Part shown: positions 8,953-19,234 of the stretch, one piece after another
Position numbering within the stretch: the first letter of the stretch is position 1
Layout of the letters: each line of letters begins with the position of its first letter
Source of the DNA: a virus
Length of the DNA: 64,000 nucleotides
Strand: one strand, 5' to 3'
IMG/VR virus record: IMGVR_UViG_3300042398_000969
Coordinates: 32,001-96,000 of that record
Made by a program: the position numbers and the translations under genes
Notes under the pieces: model-generated
Seen by the model: only the letters and a program-made list of their open reading frames with translations
Databases searched by the model: none
Told to the model about the DNA's origin: nothing

Positions 8953-9072
8953 CTAATGATTATAAACGAACGGATCTCTTTTTTTAAGTTCCTCCATACG
9001 TTTTTTAATCATTTTTTTACGTTTATAGTTCCTGATTTTGTCCTTAATATATTTGATGAGTTTTCCTATCAT
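8953..9072 (-). CDS. 39-aa basic peptide ending KRDPFVYNH
   Basis: Manual translation MIGKLIKYIKDKIRNYKRKKMIKKRMEELKKRDPFVYNH*; ATGA overlap with the stop of the upstream gene. Confidence 0.7.
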   Translation of the reverse strand: MIGKLIKYIKDKIRNYKRKKMIKKRMEELKKRDPFVYNH

Positions 9073-9776
9073 ATCAATTTAATTATTCTTGTTTCATTAT
9101 AAATATCCTTTATATATGCAACTCTGGTCTCATTTAAAAATGTGTAAAATAATTCGGCTAATAAAAGATTTCCCTTTTCACCAAAATGACCGTCATTAAC
9201 CAACCCTTCCGTTTCTTGTTTAATAGATGTAATATTTCCTCTTTTATATAGGTAACCTAATTTCATTATGTTTATGATACCTTTAGATTCTCTTAATGGA
9301 TCAAAAAGTGTCCAAAAATATACTTTATATCCATCTAACACCATTTTAAATAAATTAACATAGTTTTCAAATTCTTTCGCAAAAAGAGGATGCATCCTAT
9401 TCGTCAATATTTCAGATATAGTGTCACTCGATACTGATAAGTTGTCATTACGCCCACCAACCGCTATTGACCTAAAATTAATTTTATCAACAATCCTAAA
9501 ACGAGACGTATCAGTTAGACCAACAAAAATGACATCATTTTCTTTGTCAAATTTTTTAATTTGGTAAAAAAGTGTTTCAAAAATACTATAGTTATCCGAA
9601 CCACCCATTCCATGGTTTTCTAGTTCTAAGTTTAATTTTTCTGCCAATATTTGACTAAAGTTCTTTGGTTCATAACCTAAATAATCAATGTATGGTTTTA
9701 TCCAATCTTGTAATTTCATTGTTCTATCTGTATATAAAGCAGAATTAGAATCTCCAAATACCCATAATTTACCCAT
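9069..9776 (-). CDS. SGNH-fold protein
   Basis: FGDSNS, GMGGSDN, DGHFG. Confidence 0.7.
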   Translation of the reverse strand: MGKLWVFGDSNSALYTDRTMKLQDWIKPYIDYLGYEPKNFSQILAEKLNLELENHGMGGSDNYSIFETLFYQIKKFDKENDVIFVGLTDTSRFRIVDKINFRSIAVGGRNDNLSVSSDTISEILTNRMHPLFAKEFENYVNLFKMVLDGYKVYFWTLFDPLRESKGIINIMKLGYLYKRGNITSIKQETEGLVNDGHFGEKGNLLLAELFYTFLNETRVAYIKDIYNETRIIKLI

Positions 9777-11443
9777 TACTTATAAATTAAAAAATTTTCT
9801 ATTATTAAAATGTCCAAATTAGTATTATAAAAAGTGTTTAGAGCATCTTTTGGTGTTAACACCATTGTTTTATCTTTTATATTAAACGAAGTATTCAATA
9901 GAATTGGGTACCCACTTAATTTTTCAAACTCTTTTAATAATCTATACATATTTGTATGCTTATGTACCGATTGTACTCTAGCAGTACCATCAACATGTGT
10001 AACTGCTTTAAGAACATCTTTATATTCAGATTTGACTTGAACAATTTGGTTCATATATGGAATTTCGTTTTCCATAATAAAATATTTATCTTGGTCATCT
10101 ACTGTTACCATTGGAGCAAAAGGTCTAAAGTTTTCTCTCTTTTTAATCAATTTATTAATTCTATCTTTCATACCTTCTTTGGTTGGGTCAGCAAGTATTG
10201 AACGGTTACCTAGTGCTCTTGCACCAAACTCACAATGACCTTCGAACCAACCAACGACCTTACCCTCATGTATTTTTTTCGCAACATAAGCTCTCAACTT
10301 GTTTTCAGATCTGAACATGTGGTATTTCCCATTACTTAATAGTTTTACAATTTCTTTATAATAATATAGAGGACCGAGAAATGGGTTTTGTGTAACCCGT
10401 TCGAATAATTGTTTATTTTTAACTAAATAATGTACACAAGCTCCGATGGATGAACCCGCATCTGATGGTGCAACGGGTATCCATAATTTTTTGAATGATG
10501 TGTTACTTATAATTTTACCATTTGCGGAACCATTATATGCACATCCACCGCTTAAACATATGTTCCCTGTGTCATCAATGTACGAGATAGCCTTTAATAA
10601 ATCAAAGAAGACTTCCTCATATACTTTCTGAATTGATGCTGCCAGATTCTCATGAATCGCCATAATTGGTTCTTCTGTTAATCTAGGTTGAATACCTAAA
10701 TGTTCCACCAATTCAGAATTAAACATTATTTTATTTGATTTATTCCATGTGAAATATTTTAAATTACATTTAACACCTCCGTTTTTAAATCTGATTAATT
10801 CCCTAACCTTATCGAGATAAACATTAGGGTCACCATACGATGCTAACCCCATTACCTTATACTCACCCTCATTTGGTTTAAAACCTAAAAAGGATGTCAT
10901 AGCAGAATAATATAAACCTATTGAATGTGGATAATCCGATACTGTTATTGTCTCAATCTCTTGACCATTTGCAAAACCAACAGATGCCGTTTCATATTCA
11001 CCAACACCATCAACGGATAGACAGGTTGCTCTTTTAAAATCAGACGTGAAGAAGGAATAGTATTGATGAGATAAGTGGTGCTTAGAATAAAAAACATTGT
11101 CAGAAATTCTGGCCAAATTTTTCTTAAGATTACTTATGTTTTTTTTTATTTTAATATAGGATTGGATAGAGTATAACGGTACACTAAGAAAATTTTCTTT
11201 TATGTTTTGTTTAACTCTCTTTAATTTTAATTCAGGGTCCTCATAATAACACACAGCACTGATATTTTCCTTACCAATTTTATATGTTTTGAATATATGG
11301 TCAATAGTTTTATTAGGAAATGATGAATCATGTTTTATACCTGTGAATTTCTCTTCCTCACAAGCAAATACCAACTTACCGTCTTTAAATAGACACGCGG
11401 ATGAATCATGATAGTATGCCGATACTCCAATTACATATTCCAT
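9776..11443 (-). CDS. O-carbamoyltransferase (NodU/CmcH/TobZ family)
   Basis: YHDSSA, EEKF, HHLSH, DGVGE, EYKVMGLA, SGGCAYN, PSDAG, EFGARALGNRS, RPFAP, HVDGTARVQ, NTSFN. Confidence 0.95.
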   Translation of the reverse strand: MEYVIGVSAYYHDSSACLFKDGKLVFACEEEKFTGIKHDSSFPNKTIDHIFKTYKIGKENISAVCYYEDPELKLKRVKQNIKENFLSVPLYSIQSYIKIKKNISNLKKNLARISDNVFYSKHHLSHQYYSFFTSDFKRATCLSVDGVGEYETASVGFANGQEIETITVSDYPHSIGLYYSAMTSFLGFKPNEGEYKVMGLASYGDPNVYLDKVRELIRFKNGGVKCNLKYFTWNKSNKIMFNSELVEHLGIQPRLTEEPIMAIHENLAASIQKVYEEVFFDLLKAISYIDDTGNICLSGGCAYNGSANGKIISNTSFKKLWIPVAPSDAGSSIGACVHYLVKNKQLFERVTQNPFLGPLYYYKEIVKLLSNGKYHMFRSENKLRAYVAKKIHEGKVVGWFEGHCEFGARALGNRSILADPTKEGMKDRINKLIKKRENFRPFAPMVTVDDQDKYFIMENEIPYMNQIVQVKSEYKDVLKAVTHVDGTARVQSVHKHTNMYRLLKEFEKLSGYPILLNTSFNIKDKTMVLTPKDALNTFYNTNLDILIIENFLIYK

Positions 11444-12270
11444 TTAGTTATGTTGTGTGCGTTTTTAATTTCTTGGTTTATTATTTTAAAAAATGTTTCA
11501 TGTCCCCTAAGATCCCAATGACAGTCATTAACCTGTTTTCCCGTTGAGTAATATATTGAATTTTTATATGAACAAAAATTATACTTTAAAGGTTTCCATA
11601 TTATGGCATCTTCATCATATTTATTCCATAATCCCTTCTCACCATGATGTAAATTGATAAATCCTTTAGTGTTTACTAACCTATCATGTATATGTGTTTT
11701 TTCAAATAATGGTTCGATTTCTTTGTTATATCCAAACTGATATGGGTTCCAAAACCAATGAATTGGTTTAATGTTTTTCTCTTCTAATAATTTATTAACA
11801 ATATCAATCCAATTTAGTAGCTCATGGGCTGAATTTGGGTGATTTTCTTTATAAAGTAACCACTCTTTGAAAAATAATATATCTTTATTTCTTAAATTAC
11901 TCATGACAAGTTCATCGTTTTCAAAATTCATCAATATCGGTAAAAACAATTCTTCTCCAGTAACAAAATTATTAGTCTTCTCATATGACCTAACTCTATC
12001 TAATGTAGTCCAACCAAATATTGCTATATCATTTTCCTTTAATTCTGGTATTCTTCGAAGTACACTCTCAAAAAGTGTTAAATTGTCTGAACCTGGTATG
12101 GAATAAACCTGTACTTCTTTACCTGTTTCCTTTAATAACTCAATCCAATCTTTTGGAATATCTCCATTTTCTAAACATACCTTTAAATAATCGGTACAGA
12201 ACCTTAAATCCAAGTTATAATTAAAATGGAATGGTGTTGAAAATGAATCCCCAAATATTCTAATTGACAT
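11431..12270 (-). CDS. SGNH-fold protein
   Basis: FGDSFS, PGSDN, DCHW...GH. Confidence 0.65.
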   Translation of the reverse strand: MSIRIFGDSFSTPFHFNYNLDLRFCTDYLKVCLENGDIPKDWIELLKETGKEVQVYSIPGSDNLTLFESVLRRIPELKENDIAIFGWTTLDRVRSYEKTNNFVTGEELFLPILMNFENDELVMSNLRNKDILFFKEWLLYKENHPNSAHELLNWIDIVNKLLEEKNIKPIHWFWNPYQFGYNKEIEPLFEKTHIHDRLVNTKGFINLHHGEKGLWNKYDEDAIIWKPLKYNFCSYKNSIYYSTGKQVNDCHWDLRGHETFFKIINQEIKNAHNITKWNM

Positions 12271-12272
12271 AA

Positions 12273-13196
12273 TTAAAGTTCTACAAATAAAAACGGATTA
12301 TTAATTATAAACGGGTTAGCGTTTTTTTCAATATTTTCCAATATTGAGTTGGCAACAGCAAAGTGTGATTCTTTTGAGAAGTGATAACTATTGATTTCGC
12401 CATTTGTTACATCTCTAATATTCTCAAATTTTAATGCATCTTTGTGTAAAAAGAACACATTCATGAATGTGTTCATGTGTTCAACAAATTGTCTTGGTGG
12501 TACATTGGCATCTTTTGCTACCTTTAATATGTCACTCTCAGAAAAGAATATATAAATTAAGTGAGTAAAATTCTTTGATTCCACATATGACTTAATTGAT
12601 AACAAATCCTTTATAAATCCTTCGTAATAACTTTTATATGATGTGGTTAAAAAGAAATGATCTTTGATTGTATTAATCAAATGGGAATCATCTTGTAATT
12701 CTCTATACTTTATGCTATTTTCATCAAACATCATGTTTGGGTGAATAACATAGTACTTGTCATTATAACGAATTGGGTACCTATGACTATAGCTTAGTTG
12801 TGTTATAATTAGTGGGTTTTTATATGCTGAAAATTCATCGACGCCGGCTACCTTGATTTTCTCCTGTTGAATAAAATACCTTTCCTTAGGGAATAAATTA
12901 ACATGATATTCAAAATTAGCGTCTTCAAATAAATCCATATATCTTCTTAAAATGAATTCATTACAACTGCCAGCTTGTGAAATGTTTAAAACGGGTAAAT
13001 TAGATTTCTCACCCATGTGTGATCCCCAGTTATTGACATAGTCAAATAATGATGCAAATTCAATCTCCTTTGGTGTTAGTTCTGAGAAATCTTTTATAAT
13101 CCTACCTTTCTTGTACTGATTTTCAATGAATTGTCCATCACCAAATGAAAAGGAGTCACCGTTTATAACAATTAAATCAAAATCTCTAATATTCAT
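12273..13196 (-). CDS. SGNH-fold protein
   Basis: NGDSFSFG, NISQAGSCN, SYHFS...H. Confidence 0.6.
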   Translation of the reverse strand: MNIRDFDLIVINGDSFSFGDGQFIENQYKKGRIIKDFSELTPKEIEFASLFDYVNNWGSHMGEKSNLPVLNISQAGSCNEFILRRYMDLFEDANFEYHVNLFPKERYFIQQEKIKVAGVDEFSAYKNPLIITQLSYSHRYPIRYNDKYYVIHPNMMFDENSIKYRELQDDSHLINTIKDHFFLTTSYKSYYEGFIKDLLSIKSYVESKNFTHLIYIFFSESDILKVAKDANVPPRQFVEHMNTFMNVFFLHKDALKFENIRDVTNGEINSYHFSKESHFAVANSILENIEKNANPFIINNPFLFVEL

Positions 13197-14565
13197 AATA
13201 TTTTTTTACGTTTTTTACAAAATCCGGGTTTGGGTAATGGTGGTCCACATCTGATCCATCAATTATTGAATTGGTTTTTTCCGCAATACCCACCAATTCA
13301 AAAAGGGTATTTTTAAGTTTGGTTTTACCCCATTTAACTAATCCAGCCTCTGTATTATAACTATTACTAAAATAAATATAATTTTGTCCCTCGGTTAATA
13401 GTTTTTCAACTTTATCTAAATCCAAGACCAAATCAATTAAATGGTATTCGTGGTCTAATTTTCTATATCTATCCCAAAAACCTAACCATGACTCCAATCC
13501 GCCAAATTGCTCAATTACCTTATCATGAGACTCCTGATATGAAAGATGAAACGGTTTGTTCCAATTCATTGGTTGACCTATTTCCTTCTCGAACTTGGTA
13601 ACCGCATCAAACACATCAACACCATCCCAATTATTAACCAACCATTTTTTAAATTGTAAACTTATTTCACTATAATCGATAAATTTAACTTTAGTTGCGG
13701 TTGTGAATAATGACCTATGTAAAATTAGATACGGTCTAAACGCAGCACAAACACTTATCAAATTGTCAACAACCACTTTAGGTGGTTCAAAATCTAAACT
13801 GTCTGTGTTAAATAAGAAAATTGATGTCTTTGCGTTATTGTAATCTATCGATGAGAAGTATTGTTTTTGTAATGGTTGTATAAGTTCATTAACCGTCACT
13901 TTAGAATCAAAGTAGTCCATTAATACTTCATGATTTTCTGGATATAAATGATGCTTAAGCTCTCTAATTTCTTTTGTGAAGTTCACTACCTTTTTACCAT
14001 TGTTTAACCAGCATTTTATTAAACCGGTACCCCAACCTATTTGATGTGTATTTTTGGTTATACCATTTACTGGTTCAATATAAAAAGGAGTATAGTCATC
14101 ATGGAAATTTTCAAGACTTCTGTTGAAATTTGGGAATGATTCATCCTTTGGTGATATCCAAGATGGGTGACCGTATTCTCTATACCTTTTTAAATCGACA
14201 CACCAAAACTCTTTATAGAAATAAGGTATCTTATCGGTATATGAAATTATATGACCGACCAATCCATCACTATCTTTGCATAAATTAATTGAATCGATAA
14301 TAACATGTTTACCACCTCTTTTGGCTGGTCTAAGTAAATGACCAATCCAATTACCAATGGCATAGTCATAGTCATCAACCGATGCAACATCAAGGAACTC
14401 TTGTTCTGATTTAAAATATAAAACATCTAAGGTGATACCATGTAATCTTAAATCTAATTTGGCATTAAATAACCAAAAGTCGGTGAGATTTAATAATTTT
14501 TCAATATATAACTCGCTGACTTTTTCTTTATCTAAATCATTTATTACACCTATTATTACTCTCAT
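13186..14565 (-). CDS. Hypothetical protein (possible GT/methyltransferase-like fusion)
   Basis: Long ORF coupled to its neighbours; HDDYTP motif; family not confidently recognised. Confidence 0.6.
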   Translation of the reverse strand: MRVIIGVINDLDKEKVSELYIEKLLNLTDFWLFNAKLDLRLHGITLDVLYFKSEQEFLDVASVDDYDYAIGNWIGHLLRPAKRGGKHVIIDSINLCKDSDGLVGHIISYTDKIPYFYKEFWCVDLKRYREYGHPSWISPKDESFPNFNRSLENFHDDYTPFYIEPVNGITKNTHQIGWGTGLIKCWLNNGKKVVNFTKEIRELKHHLYPENHEVLMDYFDSKVTVNELIQPLQKQYFSSIDYNNAKTSIFLFNTDSLDFEPPKVVVDNLISVCAAFRPYLILHRSLFTTATKVKFIDYSEISLQFKKWLVNNWDGVDVFDAVTKFEKEIGQPMNWNKPFHLSYQESHDKVIEQFGGLESWLGFWDRYRKLDHEYHLIDLVLDLDKVEKLLTEGQNYIYFSNSYNTEAGLVKWGKTKLKNTLFELVGIAEKTNSIIDGSDVDHHYPNPDFVKNVKKYYEY

Positions 14566-15455
14566 TTAAAATAGATGTTTATAATTTTACCTTGTCTTAA
14601 TCCAAAAAAATATACCAAGTCATCAATGTTACCAATAGGCTTTGCTAGCGGTATTCTACCTGGATTGTAAATTGGTTTTGTGTAATCATAACCATATGTT
14701 TTTACATTATTCTTTTTACACCAATTATAATATTTTGTTTTAATACCATTCTCATATGTTGGGTCAACTTCATCCATACCATCTAATTCAATGTGAATTT
14801 CATTAGATAACCCCTGGCTTTGTCTAACCAATTCCTTTTCAATAACCGGCATATCGTCATCACAAAAACAATGAAATAAATTCTTACCCGGTGTTGCGTA
14901 TCCAACATAAATCCAACCAGCTAACATACTACATTTAAAATGTTCATAATCCTCCTCTTCATATGGTACTTGCATATGTGGTGTGGCCGTCGCTATAATT
15001 CTTTTATCGGGTCTGATTTGATGTCTATTCTTTTCCGCAATTTCAGTTAAGTGAACTAGATCATTTAATCGATGACATAGTTCTTCTGTTTCTCTTACCT
15101 TTGCATTAGAACTGTCCTTCTCACACGTTTCAACATACTTGTGAAACTCCTCATGAATTCTATTTAGTTCTTCTCTCGTAATATCATCATGAATATCGGC
15201 ACTACCAACATAATGTTCACCCAAAGAATCGATGATTTCAACCAGTTGTTTAATTTCTTTAATATAGTTAGAAAAATCTTCATTAGTTGAGGAGATAAAC
15301 CATTTGTCTTTAAATTCTGGTACTCCCTGTTTCCATTGGTCTTTCCAATCTAACATTAAATCTTTCCAGGCTCTAGCATATCTGGTGTCAACTAGTTCCC
15401 AATCAAAAGACTTTTCTTCACCTTTATAGTTTTCAAATACAATCGTTAAAATCAT
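14562..15455 (-). CDS. Hypothetical protein
   Basis: Coupled ORF with LNRIHEEF, LNDLVHLTE and YATPGK motifs; function unknown. Confidence 0.6.
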   Translation of the reverse strand: MILTIVFENYKGEEKSFDWELVDTRYARAWKDLMLDWKDQWKQGVPEFKDKWFISSTNEDFSNYIKEIKQLVEIIDSLGEHYVGSADIHDDITREELNRIHEEFHKYVETCEKDSSNAKVRETEELCHRLNDLVHLTEIAEKNRHQIRPDKRIIATATPHMQVPYEEEDYEHFKCSMLAGWIYVGYATPGKNLFHCFCDDDMPVIEKELVRQSQGLSNEIHIELDGMDEVDPTYENGIKTKYYNWCKKNNVKTYGYDYTKPIYNPGRIPLAKPIGNIDDLVYFFGLRQGKIINIYFK

Positions 15456-16152
15456 TGTTTATTTTTTTAAAAATTATTTCAGATAACCAAATATGCCCTT
15501 CTTCGGATAAATGGTAATCCTTTATTTGTTTATTCGTTTGTTTATATATCGACTTATCTGATTGATCAATCCTTTCTATCCAACCTATCTTTGGATCATC
15601 TAGCCAGATGTTACCGGTATAATCTTTAATCTTATATGATCGATCAATGTTATCATTATACTCAGAAAGTACATCTCCACCAATTGAACATATATTCCAT
15701 AATATAACATTTTTTGTTAAATTTTTGTATATAAAATGGGATATTTTTGTAATCAGATCGATATCATTTCTATATGTAAATCCTAATGAGTGAAAGTTAA
15801 TGAAATAATCTTCAATGGTTTTCCATTCATCAATATTCCAAGTATAACCTTTGTTATTTTTTATCTCGTCATTGTATACACCCATGTCAGAAGCGTAAAC
15901 TGTTCTAGATTCATTTTCAGAAACTGGAACATCCATTCTACCTGGCCCAGATATTTGTATAATAATGTAATCATTTTTGTTTATATTTTCTAATTCGTTT
16001 ATTATGGTTTTTAAAATAAAACTATTTGAACAACCAACTAATCCTTTATTAATCAATTCAACCCCCAACTTATCAGACAATAGTTTTGTCCAATTTAATG
16101 CCTCTCTATTTGGATAAAAATCAGTAAAGCTATCACCAAACGTGTAGATCAT
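15433..16152 (-). CDS. SGNH-fold protein
   Basis: FGDSFT, GLVGCSN, DYHLSEEGH. Confidence 0.7.
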   Translation of the reverse strand: MIYTFGDSFTDFYPNREALNWTKLLSDKLGVELINKGLVGCSNSFILKTIINELENINKNDYIIIQISGPGRMDVPVSENESRTVYASDMGVYNDEIKNNKGYTWNIDEWKTIEDYFINFHSLGFTYRNDIDLITKISHFIYKNLTKNVILWNICSIGGDVLSEYNDNIDRSYKIKDYTGNIWLDDPKIGWIERIDQSDKSIYKQTNKQIKDYHLSEEGHIWLSEIIFKKINNDFNDCI

Positions 16153-16914
16153 TTATATAAATTTAGGGGTTGCTTTATAATTTCTAGTAACCATCTCTGC
16201 CCATTTTTTACCAGCTGGTTCATGGTATTGTGCGTTTCTCCAGTGAACAATTAAGTGTATTCTATCTTCTTTAGAATCATTCCAAACGGCATGTCTATTG
16301 GATAAATCCAATAAGAAACCTTTACCTTCTTTGAATGGTACAATACCTTGATTCTCCATTATGAAATTACAACCCTCTGGATTATTCAATGCAATGTTTA
16401 TCGGGAATAATAATTTATGATCCCTATCTCTGTGTGGTAAAACATACCCTCCAGCTTTTAATAACATGAATCTAACTCTGGTATATGAATCATGTGGGAA
16501 AACGTCTTTAAAATATTCAACCGTTTTAGGTATTCTATCTGATATCTCTGTCCAATCATATGGAACCAGTTTCTCATCACCTAATGCTTTATATTCTTCA
16601 TAACTATTCCAATTCATTGTGTGTTGAGATGATATACCATGTATTGTTAAACTAGCCCACCCGCTATGTGATGCTCCCATTTGACCTGGGTCGTTTGCTC
16701 TATGATCAACAAACAATGACTTTAGTTCTAGTGCTTCATTAAGCATTTCTTTATATGGTAAACCATCTAGTGGTATCTCCCAGTATGGTACACCACTTTC
16801 ATTTTGTAACCATTGGTACTTATTGAACTCCGTTTGAAAATTTGGGAAGTCGATACGTTTTGGTTTTAACATACTATTTGCTTCGTAAAACTCAGTCAGC
16901 TTACTATCTACCAT
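16153..16914 (-). CDS. Aspartyl/asparaginyl beta-hydroxylase-like 2OG-Fe(II) oxygenase
   Basis: RVRFMLL, PHRD, HAVWN, RIHLIVH. Confidence 0.8.
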   Translation of the reverse strand: MVDSKLTEFYEANSMLKPKRIDFPNFQTEFNKYQWLQNESGVPYWEIPLDGLPYKEMLNEALELKSLFVDHRANDPGQMGASHSGWASLTIHGISSQHTMNWNSYEEYKALGDEKLVPYDWTEISDRIPKTVEYFKDVFPHDSYTRVRFMLLKAGGYVLPHRDRDHKLLFPINIALNNPEGCNFIMENQGIVPFKEGKGFLLDLSNRHAVWNDSKEDRIHLIVHWRNAQYHEPAGKKWAEMVTRNYKATPKFI

Positions 16915-16915
16915 T

Positions 16916-18235
16916 TTATAAATGTTTTGTTAATTCTGGTGGAAACACCATTATTGATTTATTTCTTCTAATATCATATTGTAAATAAAACTTTTTAAAA
17001 TCATTCCAAAGTTTAACTGGATCTTGATCTGCGTTTTGATGTGGTCTTTCAACGTCAGTTAAATAATCAACCAATCTTTCAATATCTGTTTGTTCAAATA
17101 AATGTAATTTATGTTTATTCTTAATATACCATTCTTCTAAATGATCTCTTCTTTCTTTTCTAACTTCTTTTGGTAAACTAAGTGATGATTGGAAAGCCGG
17201 GAATCTTAAGATATTAAGACTTAGATAAGGATAACCACCAAACCTTTCTTTTAATTTGATCATATCATCCATGAAGTCTGTAATAGTAAATAAACATAAC
17301 GCATTGATTGTCATCATGATATAAGTTTTAGACCAATTACCTTCTTTCATAAATCTAGTTAAATTGTTTAACCAGGTTTTATATACCACACCATCTCTGA
17401 TATAATCAGCTTGTTCGCCAGTCGCTTCCATGCTAGTATATAAATGGAAATCTTTTAATCCTTTTGACTTCTGAATTATCTTATCAATGATTTCTGGTTT
17501 ACCCATTAAATTAGAGTTAATTGCAAATCTCATATCCAAGTTCTCTTCAATAAGATAATCAATTATCTTCCAAGTTTGTGGGCTCATTGTTGGTTCACCG
17601 CCTGTAATTCTAAGTTCTTCTAATGAATCTTTTAATCCGTTGTGCCACCATTCCCAGAAAGCCTTTATATAAGGGTTATTTTCCTCACTATCATATAAAT
17701 CTTCCTTACTACCGTCTGAACTAAAGATCGTCGCCCCATAGGTCTGCAAATCGCGATACGGACCATTCTTTATAATATCTTTGGCCCAAGTTGTACTGTA
17801 ATCTGCGTTACAATAAGAACAGGCTAAGTTACATGCTCTACTAAAACTTATCTCCAGTGTTTTTAGATTAACATTATCACTAGTTGGTGCTGTTGATATT
17901 CTATCAATATCTTCCTGTTTGTATATGATTGATTTGTGAACCCTGTCACTAATATGATCTTTACCCATATCTTCAATCTTCCAACAATATTCACATTCAG
18001 GTGGTCGAACACCATTTAACATCATCTCACGCATTTTCTTCTTGTGTGATGTGTTGTGTATTGCTGTGAAATCATTAGCTAACTCATCTAGTGGTATTGT
18101 TTGTTTCGGTGGATGGTGACAAGATGTTGTACCACCACTATTAAGCCATATGCTGGCGTTTAACCATTTAGCTGCGCAAAATGATGGACTAATAACATCC
18201 AATACCGATTTTCTATATTTTAAATGTTCATTCAT
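16916..18235 (-). CDS. Radical SAM enzyme with N-terminal twitch/SPASM-like domain
   Basis: CAAKW...SCHHP...CEYC auxiliary cysteines; CNLACSYC; ITGGEP. Confidence 0.9.
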   Translation of the reverse strand: MNEHLKYRKSVLDVISPSFCAAKWLNASIWLNSGGTTSCHHPPKQTIPLDELANDFTAIHNTSHKKKMREMMLNGVRPPECEYCWKIEDMGKDHISDRVHKSIIYKQEDIDRISTAPTSDNVNLKTLEISFSRACNLACSYCNADYSTTWAKDIIKNGPYRDLQTYGATIFSSDGSKEDLYDSEENNPYIKAFWEWWHNGLKDSLEELRITGGEPTMSPQTWKIIDYLIEENLDMRFAINSNLMGKPEIIDKIIQKSKGLKDFHLYTSMEATGEQADYIRDGVVYKTWLNNLTRFMKEGNWSKTYIMMTINALCLFTITDFMDDMIKLKERFGGYPYLSLNILRFPAFQSSLSLPKEVRKERRDHLEEWYIKNKHKLHLFEQTDIERLVDYLTDVERPHQNADQDPVKLWNDFKKFYLQYDIRRNKSIMVFPPELTKHL

Positions 18236-19234
18236 CTAATTAAAATTATGTACAACGTTTTTATATTTTTTTAGTTTCTCAACTTCAACTTTGAAATCGG
18301 AATTTAACTCATGGGATTCATCCCAAACTTTGATTTCATTATACTTCGCATCTGAAAATGTTCCCCAGTTAGCAACTTTGTAAAAGAAGATCAAAACCTT
18401 TTTATTTTGGAAGATATTGTTAACCATGTCACAGAAGATATCCATCTCTTTGTAGTTTTCCTTTTGTGCAACAAAAGATAATATAACCTGTTCAACGGTT
18501 GAGATTGTATTAATGAACTTTAAGTTTTCAACTAACGTTTCCCACTTACCACCAAGTCTAACTTTCTCATAAGTTTCCTTTGTAGCGGCATCAATACTAA
18601 TCTCACAGCTTTTTACATATGGATGAATGTTACGCATCATCTCCCAAACTTTTGGAGTCCAAAGAATGCCATTGGTATGAAGGATAATGTTTTTTAGTTT
18701 AGGATATTTTTCAGAATTTATATTCATCAAGTATTCACGCATTGGAATACTATAGAATGGATCACCAGTACCACTAGTAAAAATCTCTTCTAGCTCATCA
18801 CTATATGCTTCTTCTATCTTTTGAAATATTAATCTACTTTTCTTTGTTCGTTCTTCAGTATTGGGAACAATATCCAATCTACAACTAGGGCACCTTAAAT
18901 TACACGCAACATCAAAACATAACTTAATTCGTTTTGGTTTATTGTAAATTTGATTTTTAAATTCAACTATAGGTTTGATTGGTCCAGTAACTGCACCAGT
19001 TTTAACTAATGTGTTTAACGATGGACAAAATTCTGTGCTACAGTTTTTAAACGACCCATCTAACATTGACTCTCTAATTTCAACAGCTGGTTCACCAAAC
19101 CAATTATCTAAAAAGTTCTCACTAATTTGAATGTTGGTTGTATTCCAATATGGACAGCACAGAGTTTGTTTATCTGTGTGTAATTCTGTGTAGGTGAAAG
19201 GTAACTCACAGTAATAATTTTTTAAATCAACCAT
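18236..19234 (-). CDS. Radical SAM enzyme with N-terminal twitch/SPASM-like domain
   Basis: CELPF...LCC...C....C; CNLRCPSC; GTGDPF; HTNG; SIDA. Confidence 0.9.
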   Translation of the reverse strand: MVDLKNYYCELPFTYTELHTDKQTLCCPYWNTTNIQISENFLDNWFGEPAVEIRESMLDGSFKNCSTEFCPSLNTLVKTGAVTGPIKPIVEFKNQIYNKPKRIKLCFDVACNLRCPSCRLDIVPNTEERTKKSRLIFQKIEEAYSDELEEIFTSGTGDPFYSIPMREYLMNINSEKYPKLKNIILHTNGILWTPKVWEMMRNIHPYVKSCEISIDAATKETYEKVRLGGKWETLVENLKFINTISTVEQVILSFVAQKENYKEMDIFCDMVNNIFQNKKVLIFFYKVANWGTFSDAKYNEIKVWDESHELNSDFKVEVEKLKKYKNVVHNFN

